Positions 29,653 through 40,027 of a stretch of 64,000 nucleotides of DNA are shown in pieces (position 1 is the first letter of the stretch; every line of letters starts with the position of its first letter). The notes beneath the pieces are model-generated. The model had not been told where the DNA came from and did no database searches. It worked only from the letters and a program-made list of their open reading frames with translations. The stretch comes from a virus: IMG/VR virus record IMGVR_UViG_3300047089_000152, positions 32,001 to 96,000 of that record; one strand, written 5' to 3'. Position numbers and translations under genes: made by a program.

Positions 29653-30708
29653 TCAGTGTTCCAGGAGTTCCAGCAGGCGTTTCGCGTTGCTGGTGAACGT
29701 GCGGTCAGCGATAGCCTCACGCGCTTTGTATGCCGCCTGTTCCCGTTCACTATCGTGGGCGAGCCACCAGCGGATCTGATCCCCTGCCTCTTCCGGGCTG
29801 GAGAACGTAGGGAGCATGTCCAGCACCGAATCCCCCTCCGCGCGGGGATCGCGGAGGTAGAAAAGCCCGCACGCCGCTTGTTCCACCTCACGGGGCCCCA
29901 TCGCCCACGGGACGGCGGTGCTGTCAGCGTCCGCGTCGTCGTATTCGCGGCGGTAAAAGTTGATGCCGCACTTCGCGTTGCGGTACACCTCGGCCACTTC
30001 GCTGTTGTCGACACAGTCGTCAATGTCATGGCCCATGAACCTGCGCAGCGGAGACTTCGACGCCCCCGGCCAGCAGCCCCCCAGCAGCACGTCCAGGCCG
30101 TCCAGGTTCATCCGCTCGAAAAAGTCGATGCGGGACTGGAACCCCGTCCCGATGAACGCCAGGTCCGCCGCGAGGTCCACGTTGACAGGGCCCGTGCGAG
30201 GGTAATGCACGGAAGGCCGGTACGCGTGCGGCGCATACTCCGCGACGGCACCTAGCTCCCGGTACTGCTCAATGTTCACCGGGTCGTTCAGCAAGACGAT
30301 GTCGCTGCATTCCGCGCGTTCCAGCTGCATCTTTTCCTGGTACGGCGACTCGGTGGCGAGCAGGACAACTTTCATCCGCCGCTGCTGAAGCAGGGCCATC
30401 AGCCCCGGGGTGACGAAGAAACCGGAAACGAAAATAACCGCGTCTGGCCAGAACGTGAAAGCCGCATGAGAGATGCCCTGCATCGCCATGCGCAGCGCGT
30501 CCTCGTCGTTCATCGCCCGGCGTACCAGCGGGTGCCCCGACTCGTCCACGTCCCCCGTGGAAATCAAAGCATGACCGTAAAATTGTATACGATCATCAGA
30601 ATTAAAACTGGCAACTTCACACCCAAGCTCCCGCAGCGCCTCACACCAACCGTCATGCACATCAGCCACAGAAAAATTTGGGCCTGGATGTACCACTAGT
30701 ATGCGCAC
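29653..30708 (-). CDS. glycosyltransferase (CgeB-like, GT-B)
   Basis: FIGTGF.SR...VYRNAKCGIN...R.VE.AACG...RT; GTG30708. Confidence 0.75.
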   Translation of the reverse strand: MRILVVHPGPNFSVADVHDGWCEALRELGCEVASFNSDDRIQFYGHALISTGDVDESGHPLVRRAMNDEDALRMAMQGISHAAFTFWPDAVIFVSGFFVTPGLMALLQQRRMKVVLLATESPYQEKMQLERAECSDIVLLNDPVNIEQYRELGAVAEYAPHAYRPSVHYPRTGPVNVDLAADLAFIGTGFQSRIDFFERMNLDGLDVLLGGCWPGASKSPLRRFMGHDIDDCVDNSEVAEVYRNAKCGINFYRREYDDADADSTAVPWAMGPREVEQAACGLFYLRDPRAEGDSVLDMLPTFSSPEEAGDQIRWWLAHDSEREQAAYKAREAIADRTFTSNAKRLLELLEH

Positions 30709-30748
30709 GGAAGCATCATCCTGTCCTAAGTGTGGTAGGATAGTAATT

Positions 30749-30864
30749 GCATTGGAGGGGCATGGCATGGCACGGCCCGGAGTGCTGGGGTGGGGAACGG
30801 AATGGATGGGCAGGATAGATCCAGGTTGGTGCGCATCTTTTACAGGTGCGCACCAACCTGGATC
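30749..30864 (+). ncRNA. satellite guide array S4 plus 18-bp hairpin
   Basis: 12 pentamers 30749-30808, GGCA, GGATA; TGG-TAGGAT -10 at 30733-30741; inverted repeat 30818-30835/30847-30864. Confidence 0.8.
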
Positions 30865-31250
30865 AGAAATGAGCATCCCATGTATTGCTGGCCGGCGTAT
30901 TCGGTGAGTCCGTAGGTCATCACCTGCAATACGACCGTGAACTCCACCGCCCCGCCCAGGGTCGGGTCAGCCTGCACCGCCGCGTTGATGCTTTTAGTAC
31001 CGGACGTGGACACGTAGTCGTCGATTACGTCCTGGCCGGAAGCGTCGTTCGCGGCGGATACCAGCACGACGGCGAGGAGATTGACCTGGGTTTCGCCGTC
31101 CATCGTGATGCCGTAATTGACCGCTGGCCGGTTCGGGATTATGACCGCGCATGGCGGTATGACCTGCCCGGGTGCGATCGCGTGTACGTTCAGCCCGGTG
31201 GTGGATAGCCGGGTTGCGAGCGCGACCCTGATCGCTTTGACGTTAGCCAT
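30840..31250 (-). CDS. tail terminator / completion protein
   Basis: SI.AA..ADPTLGG motif; position. Confidence 0.7.
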   Translation of the reverse strand: MANVKAIRVALATRLSTTGLNVHAIAPGQVIPPCAVIIPNRPAVNYGITMDGETQVNLLAVVLVSAANDASGQDVIDDYVSTSGTKSINAAVQADPTLGGAVEFTVVLQVMTYGLTEYAGQQYMGCSFLIQVGAHL

Positions 31251-31331
31251 CTACGGGCGGTCCTTGCATGTATGGCCCTTCTTGGTCCAGTAGACCTTCC
31301 CGCATATGCCGCACGCTTTCGTCATCCCCAT

Positions 31332-32267
31332 CTATACGCCGACTTTCCCGCGGCCTCTGATGTAGCAGCGGAGCTGCTCCGCGATCCACGGGTTAGGATT
31401 CAACCGGACAATGCCGAGGTCAGCCATACCCATGACACCCCAGGGGGCGTCTTTCAGCTTGAACCAGTCCGAGGCGATCAGCAGCGCCGCCTGGGTAACC
31501 ACGGGCGGGACCTGCGGCCAGCCGAACACGCCGGTGATCTGGACCCGGTCGAGGTGGACGAACGGCCAGATGAACGGGAACCAGTTCGACTGCCCGATCA
31601 CCTGAACCTGCGTGTACGGTTTCGGTTCACCGGAGGCGAGCTGGTTGAACTGGCCGTCGCCGACGCGGAGCATGTAGTTGGTGTTCTGCGTCCATGTCGT
31701 CTCGTACACCCCGTCCCCGTCACTGTCGATTTTCAGGGACGTGACGGACACCAGGTCATCGACGGGGAGCAGCCAGATGTCCTGCGGCTGGTATGTGCGC
31801 GTGTCGGTGAACCGGAAGAAATGCCTCCCGCAGTACGTGTCAATCCACCGTGACGTCGCCAGGCAAACCGAAGCGATCACCGAATCGGTGGCAGGGTCGG
31901 TTTGCCCGAGTCGGTCTTTCAGCTCCTCGGGTCCCACGTACCAGCGTGGCTGGTCCAGCGCCAGTACCCGCCACGTTCCGGGCTGCACATCTGATGCGGT
32001 ACCAGTGCCGATGAAGGCGTAAGACCAGAGGCCGTCGATGTTTGCGACCGCGGGGGAGCACGGCACGATCAGCTGGTACACGCCCGTGCTGGTCTTGGTG
32101 ATGTCAGCCGGGGCAGTGCCAGCGAAGGTGTGGATTGTCTGGGTTGCGGCCGGGTCGGTGATTACGCACGACACGGCGGTCGGGTCGGTGGGGGTGCCGG
32201 ACACGGTGAATGTCGCGACGATCGTGGCAAGCTCGTTCACATTGTCGTAAAACACCGTCGCAGTCAA
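31332..32267 (-). CDS. head-tail connector (gp6/gp15-like) with extra N-terminal domain
   Basis: YV..EELK.RL...SRWID.YCGR.F...GWP.VP..V.QA. Confidence 0.8.
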   Translation of the reverse strand: MTATVFYDNVNELATIVATFTVSGTPTDPTAVSCVITDPAATQTIHTFAGTAPADITKTSTGVYQLIVPCSPAVANIDGLWSYAFIGTGTASDVQPGTWRVLALDQPRWYVGPEELKDRLGQTDPATDSVIASVCLATSRWIDTYCGRHFFRFTDTRTYQPQDIWLLPVDDLVSVTSLKIDSDGDGVYETTWTQNTNYMLRVGDGQFNQLASGEPKPYTQVQVIGQSNWFPFIWPFVHLDRVQITGVFGWPQVPPVVTQAALLIASDWFKLKDAPWGVMGMADLGIVRLNPNPWIAEQLRCYIRGRGKVGV

Positions 32268-32279
32268 ACGTGCCTCCTG

Positions 32280-33989
32280 TCAGGTCACTGATCCTGTTCC
32301 GGTATTCCCGGTCACCTTCGTCGTGCCATCTCTCGGGTCGCTGACCCCGCTGACGCCCGCCTTTCCGGTGACACTGCCCGCACCAGAATTACCGGTGACG
32401 GTGCCCGCACCGGTCTGACCGGTCACCGTTACTGTCACCTCGGCGCTTACCAGCAGCGGAGGCGGTATGAAAACGTACGTCCCGGCTCGCCATTCCGCCC
32501 GCCCTGTGAGGACCGGTTTCTGCGGCTGCGCGCGGAGCGCGTGACCGAGTGGCCTGACGGGTGGCCCGGTCTGCGCGTACGGGCCACGCTGCGAACCGAC
32601 ACGACCCCGGGTGGGTGGCGGCGGCTGCCTGCGGTAGATCCCCACAGGACCGGACTGCGGTTTGACCGGTGGCCCGGCTTGCGCATAGGTTCCTGCGGCG
32701 CGGATTACCCGTCCGCCTGCTGTCGGGAACCTGCGGGCTACGACCGGATGCCCAAGCGGGTATATCGGGGGCCCGGCTTGTGCTGAGATCGCGGTGAACG
32801 TCCCGGCCCGGCTGGATACCCGACCGTGCGGTAGTAGCGGCTGCCTGGCCTGGACCGGACCCGTAGCGGGCTTGACCGGTGGCCCGGCCTGCGCGAAGGT
32901 TCCGCGCCGTGTGGAGGTGACACCGCCACGGGTCGGGAACCGTCGTGCCTGAACCGGGTGACCCAGCGGGTAGACGGGTGGCCCGGCACCGATGATGACC
33001 AGGGTGAACGTGCCTGCACGGCTGGTGGTGCTGCCACCGCGTCGTGCTGCTGGCTGCGCCCGCACCGGACCCGTAGCCGGTTTGACGGGTGGGCCGAGCT
33101 GAGCGTATGTTCCGTGCTGGGATGCGACCCTGCCCCGGACGGGCAGCGGTGGCTGCCTGCGTCCCAGGCCGACAGGCCCAGATGCGGGTTTTACCGGTGC
33201 ACCCAGCTGCGCGTAGACGCCAGCCCGGGTGCTGGTACTACCACCACGTACCGGGAACCTGCGCGCCGCAACAGGATGACCCAGCGGATAGACCGGAGGG
33301 CCGAAACCGGTGACGACCGTGGTGAACGTGCCGGCCCGGTTAGCTACCCGGCCGACACGCTGTGCCGCTGGTTGCGCGCGGACTGGCCCGGTAGCGGGTT
33401 TAATCTGCGCACCTAGCTGCGCGTAAACACCAGCGCGGCTGCTGGTGCGGCCACGTGGCGGAAGCCCGCGTAGCTGTGTTGCGACCGGGGCAACCAGTCG
33501 CCGTACAGGTGCGCCGAGTTGGGCGTAGACCCCGGCGCGGTTCTTGACGCGGCCGGTCAGGAACGGGACAGCGGGTTGCGCCTTGACGGGGCCGCGTAGC
33601 TGCCTTACTGGGGCACCCAGCTGGGCGTAAACCCCGGCCCGGCTGGTGGTGCTGCCACCGCGGGCCGGGAGCCTGCGTGCCTGTACCGGCCTCCCGGTCG
33701 GATAGACCGGTGGGCCCGCCTGCGCTGCTGTAGCGGTGAACGTCCCGTCGCGGGACAGTACCCTGCCACCGGCCTGCGCGCCCGGCTGAGCCTTTACTGG
33801 TGCGCGCAGGACCCGTACTGGTGCGCCCAGCTGGGCGTAGACACCGGCACGGTTCGCGACCCTGCCGCCACGGGCGGGTAGCTGTACTGGTGCGCGGACC
33901 GGCTTATGGAGAGCGCTTGCGGGTGCGCCGGGTGGCTGCGCCCGGATCAGTACCGGCTGGATTGGCTGGCCGCGCCCGAGGATAGCCAT
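32280..33989 (-). CDS. repeat-rich putative virion protein
   Basis: recurring RAG(V/T)YAQLG(A/P)PV and GPPVYPLGHPV units. Confidence 0.65.
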   Translation of the reverse strand: MAILGRGQPIQPVLIRAQPPGAPASALHKPVRAPVQLPARGGRVANRAGVYAQLGAPVRVLRAPVKAQPGAQAGGRVLSRDGTFTATAAQAGPPVYPTGRPVQARRLPARGGSTTSRAGVYAQLGAPVRQLRGPVKAQPAVPFLTGRVKNRAGVYAQLGAPVRRLVAPVATQLRGLPPRGRTSSRAGVYAQLGAQIKPATGPVRAQPAAQRVGRVANRAGTFTTVVTGFGPPVYPLGHPVAARRFPVRGGSTSTRAGVYAQLGAPVKPASGPVGLGRRQPPLPVRGRVASQHGTYAQLGPPVKPATGPVRAQPAARRGGSTTSRAGTFTLVIIGAGPPVYPLGHPVQARRFPTRGGVTSTRRGTFAQAGPPVKPATGPVQARQPLLPHGRVSSRAGTFTAISAQAGPPIYPLGHPVVARRFPTAGGRVIRAAGTYAQAGPPVKPQSGPVGIYRRQPPPPTRGRVGSQRGPYAQTGPPVRPLGHALRAQPQKPVLTGRAEWRAGTYVFIPPPLLVSAEVTVTVTGQTGAGTVTGNSGAGSVTGKAGVSGVSDPRDGTTKVTGNTGTGSVT

Positions 33990-33992
33990 GGC

Positions 33993-34850
33993 TTACCAGA
34001 CCGACCCGTCCATGCCAGCGGTCGTCGGCGTGGACAGAAGTTTGGGTATCGCGGTTGTGGCCGGAGGTATCGTAGCCGGCCAGGGTTCCTGCCTGCGGCT
34101 ACGGCGGCTACGGCGGCTACGTCGGCTCACCACGAATGGCTGCGGCGAGTTCGGTGCGGACTCTGTGACGCGGACAATAAAGTCCATCGCGTCGATGGCG
34201 ACGCTCGATGTTCCACCACCGGGCGCTGACTGATTCGTGCCCCAGCCCATGCCGATTACGCCGCCATTACCGCTAAGCGTGTTACACGTAGCTGGGAAGT
34301 TAGATAGGGCGCTGGGCCCCGTACCCGTGATGTTCTCCGTGCCAGACAGGGCCGCGTTCTGCCCGCCGTAACCCCACACAGTCAGGTCGGTTGCGTTCCC
34401 GGCCAGCGAGGCGTCAGGGAGTGCCGTGGTGTAGGTCGCCTGGGTGTGGACATTGCTGCTTACTACACCGGCCCCCACCGTGGACCGCAAGGCCATGATG
34501 TCGAATTCAGCCCACGTGGTCGCGCCGAACGTGACAGTGAACGTACTGTCCGAGGTGGCCGAGCCGACCGCACCCGCCGCTACCCGGTAGCCAAGCCAGA
34601 ACGCGTCGTTGGTGCTGGCCCCGCCGACGATCTGGTTTTGCAACGCGGTGAACCCGGCCACTGTGCAGGTTGAGTGCCCGGAGCCGGTGGTGTTCGGGAT
34701 GGCGATGACGATGAAGTCGCCGCCGTTGACGGCGCTGCCGGTCCAGGTGACCACCGTGCTGCTGGTGATGATTCCTGCGGTGCCCGTTAGGCCGCCGTTG
34801 ATAGTCCAGCCGGTGCCGGCGGTCTGCCTGCCGATAAAGGACCAGCTCAC
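33993..34850 (-). CDS. putative virion protein, Thr/Gly-rich
   Basis: in late operon; beta-rich composition. Confidence 0.55.
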   Translation of the reverse strand: MSWSFIGRQTAGTGWTINGGLTGTAGIITSSTVVTWTGSAVNGGDFIVIAIPNTTGSGHSTCTVAGFTALQNQIVGGASTNDAFWLGYRVAAGAVGSATSDSTFTVTFGATTWAEFDIMALRSTVGAGVVSSNVHTQATYTTALPDASLAGNATDLTVWGYGGQNAALSGTENITGTGPSALSNFPATCNTLSGNGGVIGMGWGTNQSAPGGGTSSVAIDAMDFIVRVTESAPNSPQPFVVSRRSRRSRRSRRQEPWPATIPPATTAIPKLLSTPTTAGMDGSVW

Positions 34851-34916
34851 GTGGGCTCACCCCCTCCGATCAGGCGGGTGGCCCGCGACGGCTGGCTTTC
34901 TTCACCTAACTGCTAG

Positions 34917-35402
34917 TTACGGGGCGTCAGGAGGTAGCGCATAGGCGTCGAACGGGAACCCTACGGTACCCGGAAGGCTCCCAGGCTCCCAGGCTGCCAG
35001 CATCCCCCAGAACCCGAGAGGCAGAGAGTGGCTTAGCCCGGAAGTGGCCAGCCGGGCCCTGGCGAGGATACCGGAACCAGTATCTGCGATAGTCACTCCT
35101 GTGACGTCCGTCGATATGAAGGCCACGATGCCGCCTGCTGGTGACAGCTGAATACCTCCTGAGAAGGTATTCCCTGCTGTGGCCGGTGTCCAGGTGCTGC
35201 CGCTATCGTTGGAAAGGTCGATGCCCAAAACCACGTGCACCGAGGCGTCCTGGTAGTTAATCCCGTTGACTACGTTCTTGTCTATGAGTATTGCGATCAA
35301 TCCGGTGGTAGCGGAGATTGTTAGTGCATCAGAATCAAAGGTAGGAGAATGTGCGGTTACCTGATTGTACTGGATAGTAAGACGGTAGTCAGCGGTACCC
35401 AT
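34917..35402 (-). CDS. putative virion protein
   Basis: in late operon; lower GC. Confidence 0.55.
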   Translation of the reverse strand: MGTADYRLTIQYNQVTAHSPTFDSDALTISATTGLIAILIDKNVVNGINYQDASVHVVLGIDLSNDSGSTWTPATAGNTFSGGIQLSPAGGIVAFISTDVTGVTIADTGSGILARARLATSGLSHSLPLGFWGMLAAWEPGSLPGTVGFPFDAYALPPDAP

Positions 35403-35405
35403 TTC

Positions 35406-36014
35406 TTAGCTCTCTCCGTAGAGTTTCGCATAGTTCGTAATGACCGTGTTACCCGCTGTCGCTGCACCGAGAGACAGGGCGGGCCACAGCGTGTACGACT
35501 GGCTGGTGTCGTAGGTGGCAAATGTGGACGTGCCCGCAGGACCCGGCATCAGGACCGTGTTGGTTGCTACGACGTTGTACGCGGCGGTGACGAACGCATT
35601 GGAGATGTACCGGCCGAACGTCACCAGGGTACTGCCCGTACCGAGCGCCAGGGTTCGTATCCCGATGTTGATAATGGCATCCCACGCCACGGTGGTCGCG
35701 GCCTGCCCGGGGGTGAAAATTGCTGTGCTACCCAGCGTGCTCGTCGTGGCGAACGCAGGGTTAGCGACCAGCGGTGTGGTGTATAGGAAAAACTGCCACG
35801 TCGGAATTGTCGCTGTCGCTGTCGCTGTCCCGCCCATTTCGAGTTTCAGCGACGATGACCAGCTGCCCACCTTGTCGAAGTACCCGGCGGGGATGATGAT
35901 CGGCGGGTATGTCAGGATCATGGATGAGCCCGGCGTGGTCGTCGGTGAGGACACCGTGGCCGCTCCGAAGAAAGCGTACAGCAGCTCGACGCCGACAGGC
36001 TTGTAACCGGACAT
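35406..36014 (-). CDS. putative virion protein
   Basis: in late operon. Confidence 0.6.
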   Translation of the reverse strand: MSGYKPVGVELLYAFFGAATVSSPTTTPGSSMILTYPPIIIPAGYFDKVGSWSSSLKLEMGGTATATATIPTWQFFLYTTPLVANPAFATTSTLGSTAIFTPGQAATTVAWDAIINIGIRTLALGTGSTLVTFGRYISNAFVTAAYNVVATNTVLMPGPAGTSTFATYDTSQSYTLWPALSLGAATAGNTVITNYAKLYGES

Positions 36015-36027
36015 TCAGTGTCCCTTC

Positions 36028-36498
36028 TTACTCGTGCCAGCTCAGGTTGAACGCCAGGTTCGGGGACACCCCGGCCGTGGTCGAAGCCCGCACACCAGTC
36101 CACACGTTCGCCCCGGACACAAGGTAATCCTCACGGGACAGCGGCCACTGTATCAGCACCCCCCCGGTCGGGGGCAGATACCACGTCTTCGTGACGACCG
36201 GGCCAGTATTAGCCCCGGGCGTGATAGGCGGCACCCACGCGATCATGGTGGCCGCGACCGCCTGCGCAGCCGCGGACAACCTGTTCGGTGTGTACGTCGT
36301 GTTGGTCGGGGGACCAGCCGTGTACCGGACCAGGTCGATCTTCACGCCCTGCGCCGGGGTGGACGCGTCCATCGTGACATCCAGCCACGTGATAATCGCG
36401 TCGCTAGTAGAACCGGCGGACACCACGGCGCAGACAAGCTGGTTCGCGGTGTTCGCAGTCAGCGCCAGCGACCCCGTGATCCCGTAGATGGCACCCAT
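36028..36498 (-). CDS. putative virion protein
   Basis: in late operon; TGATG coupling. Confidence 0.6.
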   Translation of the reverse strand: MGAIYGITGSLALTANTANQLVCAVVSAGSTSDAIITWLDVTMDASTPAQGVKIDLVRYTAGPPTNTTYTPNRLSAAAQAVAATMIAWVPPITPGANTGPVVTKTWYLPPTGGVLIQWPLSREDYLVSGANVWTGVRASTTAGVSPNLAFNLSWHE

Positions 36499-36764
36499 CA
36501 GGCGCTCGCACCCCACACAAGGAGCCAGCCAGCATCAGCAGCCAGCCCCGCCGGGATCGTCAGGACCGTCCCGGTGATCGTGATGAACGCAGCCGTGCCG
36601 ATCACCGTCGCACCCATGATGAACGCCTGCTTCGGGGAAGAAAAATCAGCCGACAAGTCGACAGTGTCAGCGCTAGTGACCTTCCGCAGCGCATACAGGC
36701 AGCACCGGTCCGCTTCCCCGCTGGAGAACGCCTTGACGACCTGCGAGCCAGTCAGAACAGCCAT
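36498..36764 (-). CDS. putative virion protein
   Basis: in late operon. Confidence 0.55.
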   Translation of the reverse strand: MAVLTGSQVVKAFSSGEADRCCLYALRKVTSADTVDLSADFSSPKQAFIMGATVIGTAAFITITGTVLTIPAGLAADAGWLLVWGASA

Positions 36765-36803
36765 CGCGTACCCCTCTCGTTTCTCGGAACCGCGCGGAAA
36801 GGG

Positions 36804-37319
36804 TTACTCGGTGAACTCGATTTCCCCGGTGAACGTCGTAGCCGTGCCCGCCGAGGACGCGGTGACGAAAATCCCGAACTGGGTCGAGATCGGGATGTTG
36901 ATCTCAAAGCTGGGCGTCACCCATTCACCCCAGTTGGAGCCCGCGGTGAACGGCACCGGCTGCGACCACCATTCCGTGGTCGCAGTCAGGCCAGTGATCG
37001 CCGCGGCTGACGTGCCACCAGCAGTGAAAAACGTCGTAGCCGCGGCACGTGCGACACCGGACAGCTGCTTAGCGACGGCTGCCTGACCACCCGCCTGCGC
37101 GCCGGTGTTCGTGTTGATGGAGAACACGACGGAGGCGTTCGCAGGGAACGAAGCAGCACCCATCACGCCACAGCGGATCGCGGAAATGTTACAGTCAACA
37201 GTCGCCGTGGTCACCCCGTACAAGATCGGGATCGGGGTCGCCACCGTGGAGGTAGCACCGGTAGGAAGCCACGTCGACGTGTCGAAAACGCCGATCTTGT
37301 AAGCGCGCGCAACAGCCAT
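36804..37319 (-). CDS. putative virion protein
   Basis: in late operon; GGAG RBS. Confidence 0.6.
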   Translation of the reverse strand: MAVARAYKIGVFDTSTWLPTGATSTVATPIPILYGVTTATVDCNISAIRCGVMGAASFPANASVVFSINTNTGAQAGGQAAVAKQLSGVARAAATTFFTAGGTSAAAITGLTATTEWWSQPVPFTAGSNWGEWVTPSFEINIPISTQFGIFVTASSAGTATTFTGEIEFTE

Positions 37320-37378
37320 CTTGTTCTCCTACTAGGTGGTTCCGAGCAGATGGCAACCGCCATGCCGCCGTTTTAGTG

Positions 37379-37897
37379 TCAGACCGTGACGTTGAACACG
37401 GCTGTGACAGCCCCGCCAGCTGGCGTAGGCCAAAGGATCGTGAAAGTCCCCGCGGTGACACCCTGAGCCCCGCCGAAGTAGTTGAAGCACAAACCCTGCT
37501 TCGCGACCGTGCCCGCGGTGATCGTGGAGTCGTACACGAAACACCCGAACACGTTCGCGAGGGTGACGTTACCGCCACCGGCGAGGTTCGCCCCGCTGAA
37601 ACAGACCGACGAGGAGCCCGTGTCAATCGCGAACGTCTTCGTGCCCAGCGCCCGGCCGCCGGAAACCCAGTTGGTTACGTCGGTGACCTCGTTGGTGGTC
37701 GTCCAAGTCCCGGTGTTGAAACCGGTCGAGCCGACCGCGGCTGTCTTGTCCGGGGCTGTCGTGTTGTTGAACAGGGCCACGTTGATCGTGTCAGCGCTCA
37801 GGTTCGCGAATGTGGTCGGCGCGGCGGTCGTCCACAACCTGCCGAGCATCGGGTTGAGCATCGCCTGCTGGAAGATGCCGCTCACGGTCCAGGCCAC
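37379..37897 (-). CDS. putative virion structural protein
   Basis: DTINVALF...NEV..NW.SGG..L...F.I.W pattern; GAGGAG RBS, GTG37897. Confidence 0.65.
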   Translation of the reverse strand: MAWTVSGIFQQAMLNPMLGRLWTTAAPTTFANLSADTINVALFNNTTAPDKTAAVGSTGFNTGTWTTTNEVTDVTNWVSGGRALGTKTFAIDTGSSSVCFSGANLAGGGNVTLANVFGCFVYDSTITAGTVAKQGLCFNYFGGAQGVTAGTFTILWPTPAGGAVTAVFNVTV

Positions 37898-38035
37898 GTC
37901 ACTCCTCGTCTTCCTGTTCGGGGGGTGGTGGCACGCCGCCGGTCGCTGTGGCGAGCTGAGCCTGAACCATGACACCCGGCGTGTGCGTTTCCCCGGTGTC
38001 CCCGCCGTATTCGTGGGTGACTTCGGGTAGTTCAC

Positions 38036-38368
38036 TCACCGGGCGTCTCCTAGCCGGGCCTGCGCGAGCCCTGCGTTGACCGCCACGTCCGTTCCGTCGC
38101 GTCTGGTGGTCCGGACCGCCATGTACGGTTTCCCGTCGTCTCCGCGCGACTGGACCTCACAGGCGAGGTAGTCGGCGCGTTCAACCGCCTCAACCTTGCA
38201 GTCGGTGCCCACCCGGACCAGGGGGGCTGTCAGCGCGTGCAGACCCGGGCAGGTGTGGAACCGGGACCCGTTCGGTGGCAGCGCCGGGGTCCGCTCAGTC
38301 AGGTCACAGTTCGGGCAGAACCAGTCATCGAACGTGCGGAGCAGCGGGACGGTCACAACCGCAGCCAC
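38036..38368 (-). CDS. hypothetical Zn-ribbon protein
   Basis: W.CPNC...RFH.CPGL..LTAPLV. Confidence 0.6.
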   Translation of the reverse strand: MAAVVTVPLLRTFDDWFCPNCDLTERTPALPPNGSRFHTCPGLHALTAPLVRVGTDCKVEAVERADYLACEVQSRGDDGKPYMAVRTTRRDGTDVAVNAGLAQARLGDAR

Positions 38369-38883
38369 ACACCCCGCCGCGACTCCCAGTCATCCGTGAC
38401 AACCAGGTACTTCTCCGCTGGCGGCTGGGTTTCCAGGTTCATGCAGATGATCACCGCGCCACGGCGCACCTTGGAATACACCAGCCGTTCCAGGTCACGT
38501 TGCACCTCACGGTCCCGGAACGGCCGGTTGAAAAACACGATGTCGAACTTGCCGTAAGCCTGGAAATCAAACGCGTCACACTCCGCCACGTTCAAGCCCT
38601 GCCCCTTAGCGGCCTGCACGAACTCCGCGACCCGGTCGAACCCCGTCACATCCAAGCCGAACAGGTCCCGGGCCAGCATCATCTTCGTACCCGGGCCGCA
38701 CCCGACCTCAAGGAACCCCGCACCCGGAGCCTCCGCGATCGCCTCGATCAGCAGCACCAGGTACTGCGCCACATCCGAAGGCATCCACCCGGCGAACATT
38801 TTCTCGTCGCCGATATCAACCTTCTTCTGCCATTCCCGTTCGATCTGCCGGACGCTGGTCAGCAGGCCACGAACGTCGCTCAT
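38353..38883 (-). CDS. class I SAM-dependent methyltransferase
   Basis: FLEVGCGPG. Confidence 0.85.
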   Translation of the reverse strand: MSDVRGLLTSVRQIEREWQKKVDIGDEKMFAGWMPSDVAQYLVLLIEAIAEAPGAGFLEVGCGPGTKMMLARDLFGLDVTGFDRVAEFVQAAKGQGLNVAECDAFDFQAYGKFDIVFFNRPFRDREVQRDLERLVYSKVRRGAVIICMNLETQPPAEKYLVVTDDWESRRGVWLRL

Positions 38884-39013
38884 TCCGCGTTACCCTCCGG
38901 GGTGCCGTACCTGTCCTTGATGTACGCGATCATCACCGCGATCTGCGCTGACCTAGCCGCCGCTTCACCCGACACGTGCCATTCCCCTGGCTGTTCCCCG
39001 CCACGGGTCTCGG

Positions 39014-40027
39014 TCACCGGAACAGGTTCTGGTACGTGGTCTCCCACAGCTTCCAGCCCTCCTCTATGGTGTACTGCCGGGCCTGTTCACGGGCCGCCGC
39101 GCCCATCTTCTCCCGCAGCGAATCATCGGAGGCCAGCTCCGACATGTAACCCAGCCATTCGTGGTCCCGTTTCACCAGGAACCCCGTCTCGCCGTGCTTC
39201 ACGAAATCACGGTACGGATGCCAGTCCGACGCGATCACCGGGATACCCAGCGCCCCGTACTCCAGCGCTTTCAGGTACGACTTGGACGCGTTAAACCGGG
39301 TAGGCGCGACCGGGGCCAGGCCGATGTCCCAGTCCGGGGACGTGTAAAACCCCCGCGGGTTATCAGTGACATGCACCCACGGGGTGAACACCACCCGGCC
39401 CCCAGCCTTGAACGTCGGCCGGTAATCAGTGCCGCCCAACCGCAGGTCCCAACCGGGGAACCGTTTCAGGAAACGGCGGACCGCGGGTGACACCAGTCCC
39501 ACATCCGCGCCGTGAGAAGCACCACCAGCCCACCCGACCGCAGGACGTTCCCGCCGTTTCCGCGGATAGTCACACACCCATGCGGGGATGTGGTTCGGCA
39601 AGACCACGACGTTACTGTTGTACTCCGACAGGACCTCCGCCAGCGGCTCCGTGGAACACGTCACCACATCAGAAACTTCCACCGCGTGGATGGCCGCGTC
39701 CAGAATGTCCGGGCGCTGCCACATGTGGTATGCGACGAAATTCTCCGGGGTGACATGGAACACGTCGTCGTCCAGCTCATACACCAGCCGGGTAGCGGGC
39801 GTGCGGGCGTCCCGGAAAATATGCACCCCACCCGGCTTGTTGAACCTCTGCCCCACGATCACGTCATGCCCGGCCATCGACGTGGCGTTGATTCCCACCC
39901 CGCCGTCGTCGACGCTCCCAGACGTTGTCGTCACGTCGTAGCCGTGCGCTGCGAACTGCTCCATCGGCAGGATCATCCGGTACCAGGCACACCCAGAACC
40001 ACCGTCGTGACCCGCGAAGATCCTCAC
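39014..40027 (-). CDS. glycosyltransferase (GT-B)
   Basis: DIGLAP...FN..KS.LK.LEY.ALGIPVIAS. Confidence 0.85.
   Translation of the reverse strand: MRIFAGHDGGSGCAWYRMILPMEQFAAHGYDVTTTSGSVDDGGVGINATSMAGHDVIVGQRFNKPGGVHIFRDARTPATRLVYELDDDVFHVTPENFVAYHMWQRPDILDAAIHAVEVSDVVTCSTEPLAEVLSEYNSNVVVLPNHIPAWVCDYPRKRRERPAVGWAGGASHGADVGLVSPAVRRFLKRFPGWDLRLGGTDYRPTFKAGGRVVFTPWVHVTDNPRGFYTSPDWDIGLAPVAPTRFNASKSYLKALEYGALGIPVIASDWHPYRDFVKHGETGFLVKRDHEWLGYMSELASDDSLREKMGAAAREQARQYTIEEGWKLWETTYQNLFR

Noticed and set aside
34095-34125. CGGCTACGG tandem repeat
   Set aside because: 9-nt period encoding Ser-Arg-Arg in a CDS; not guide grammar
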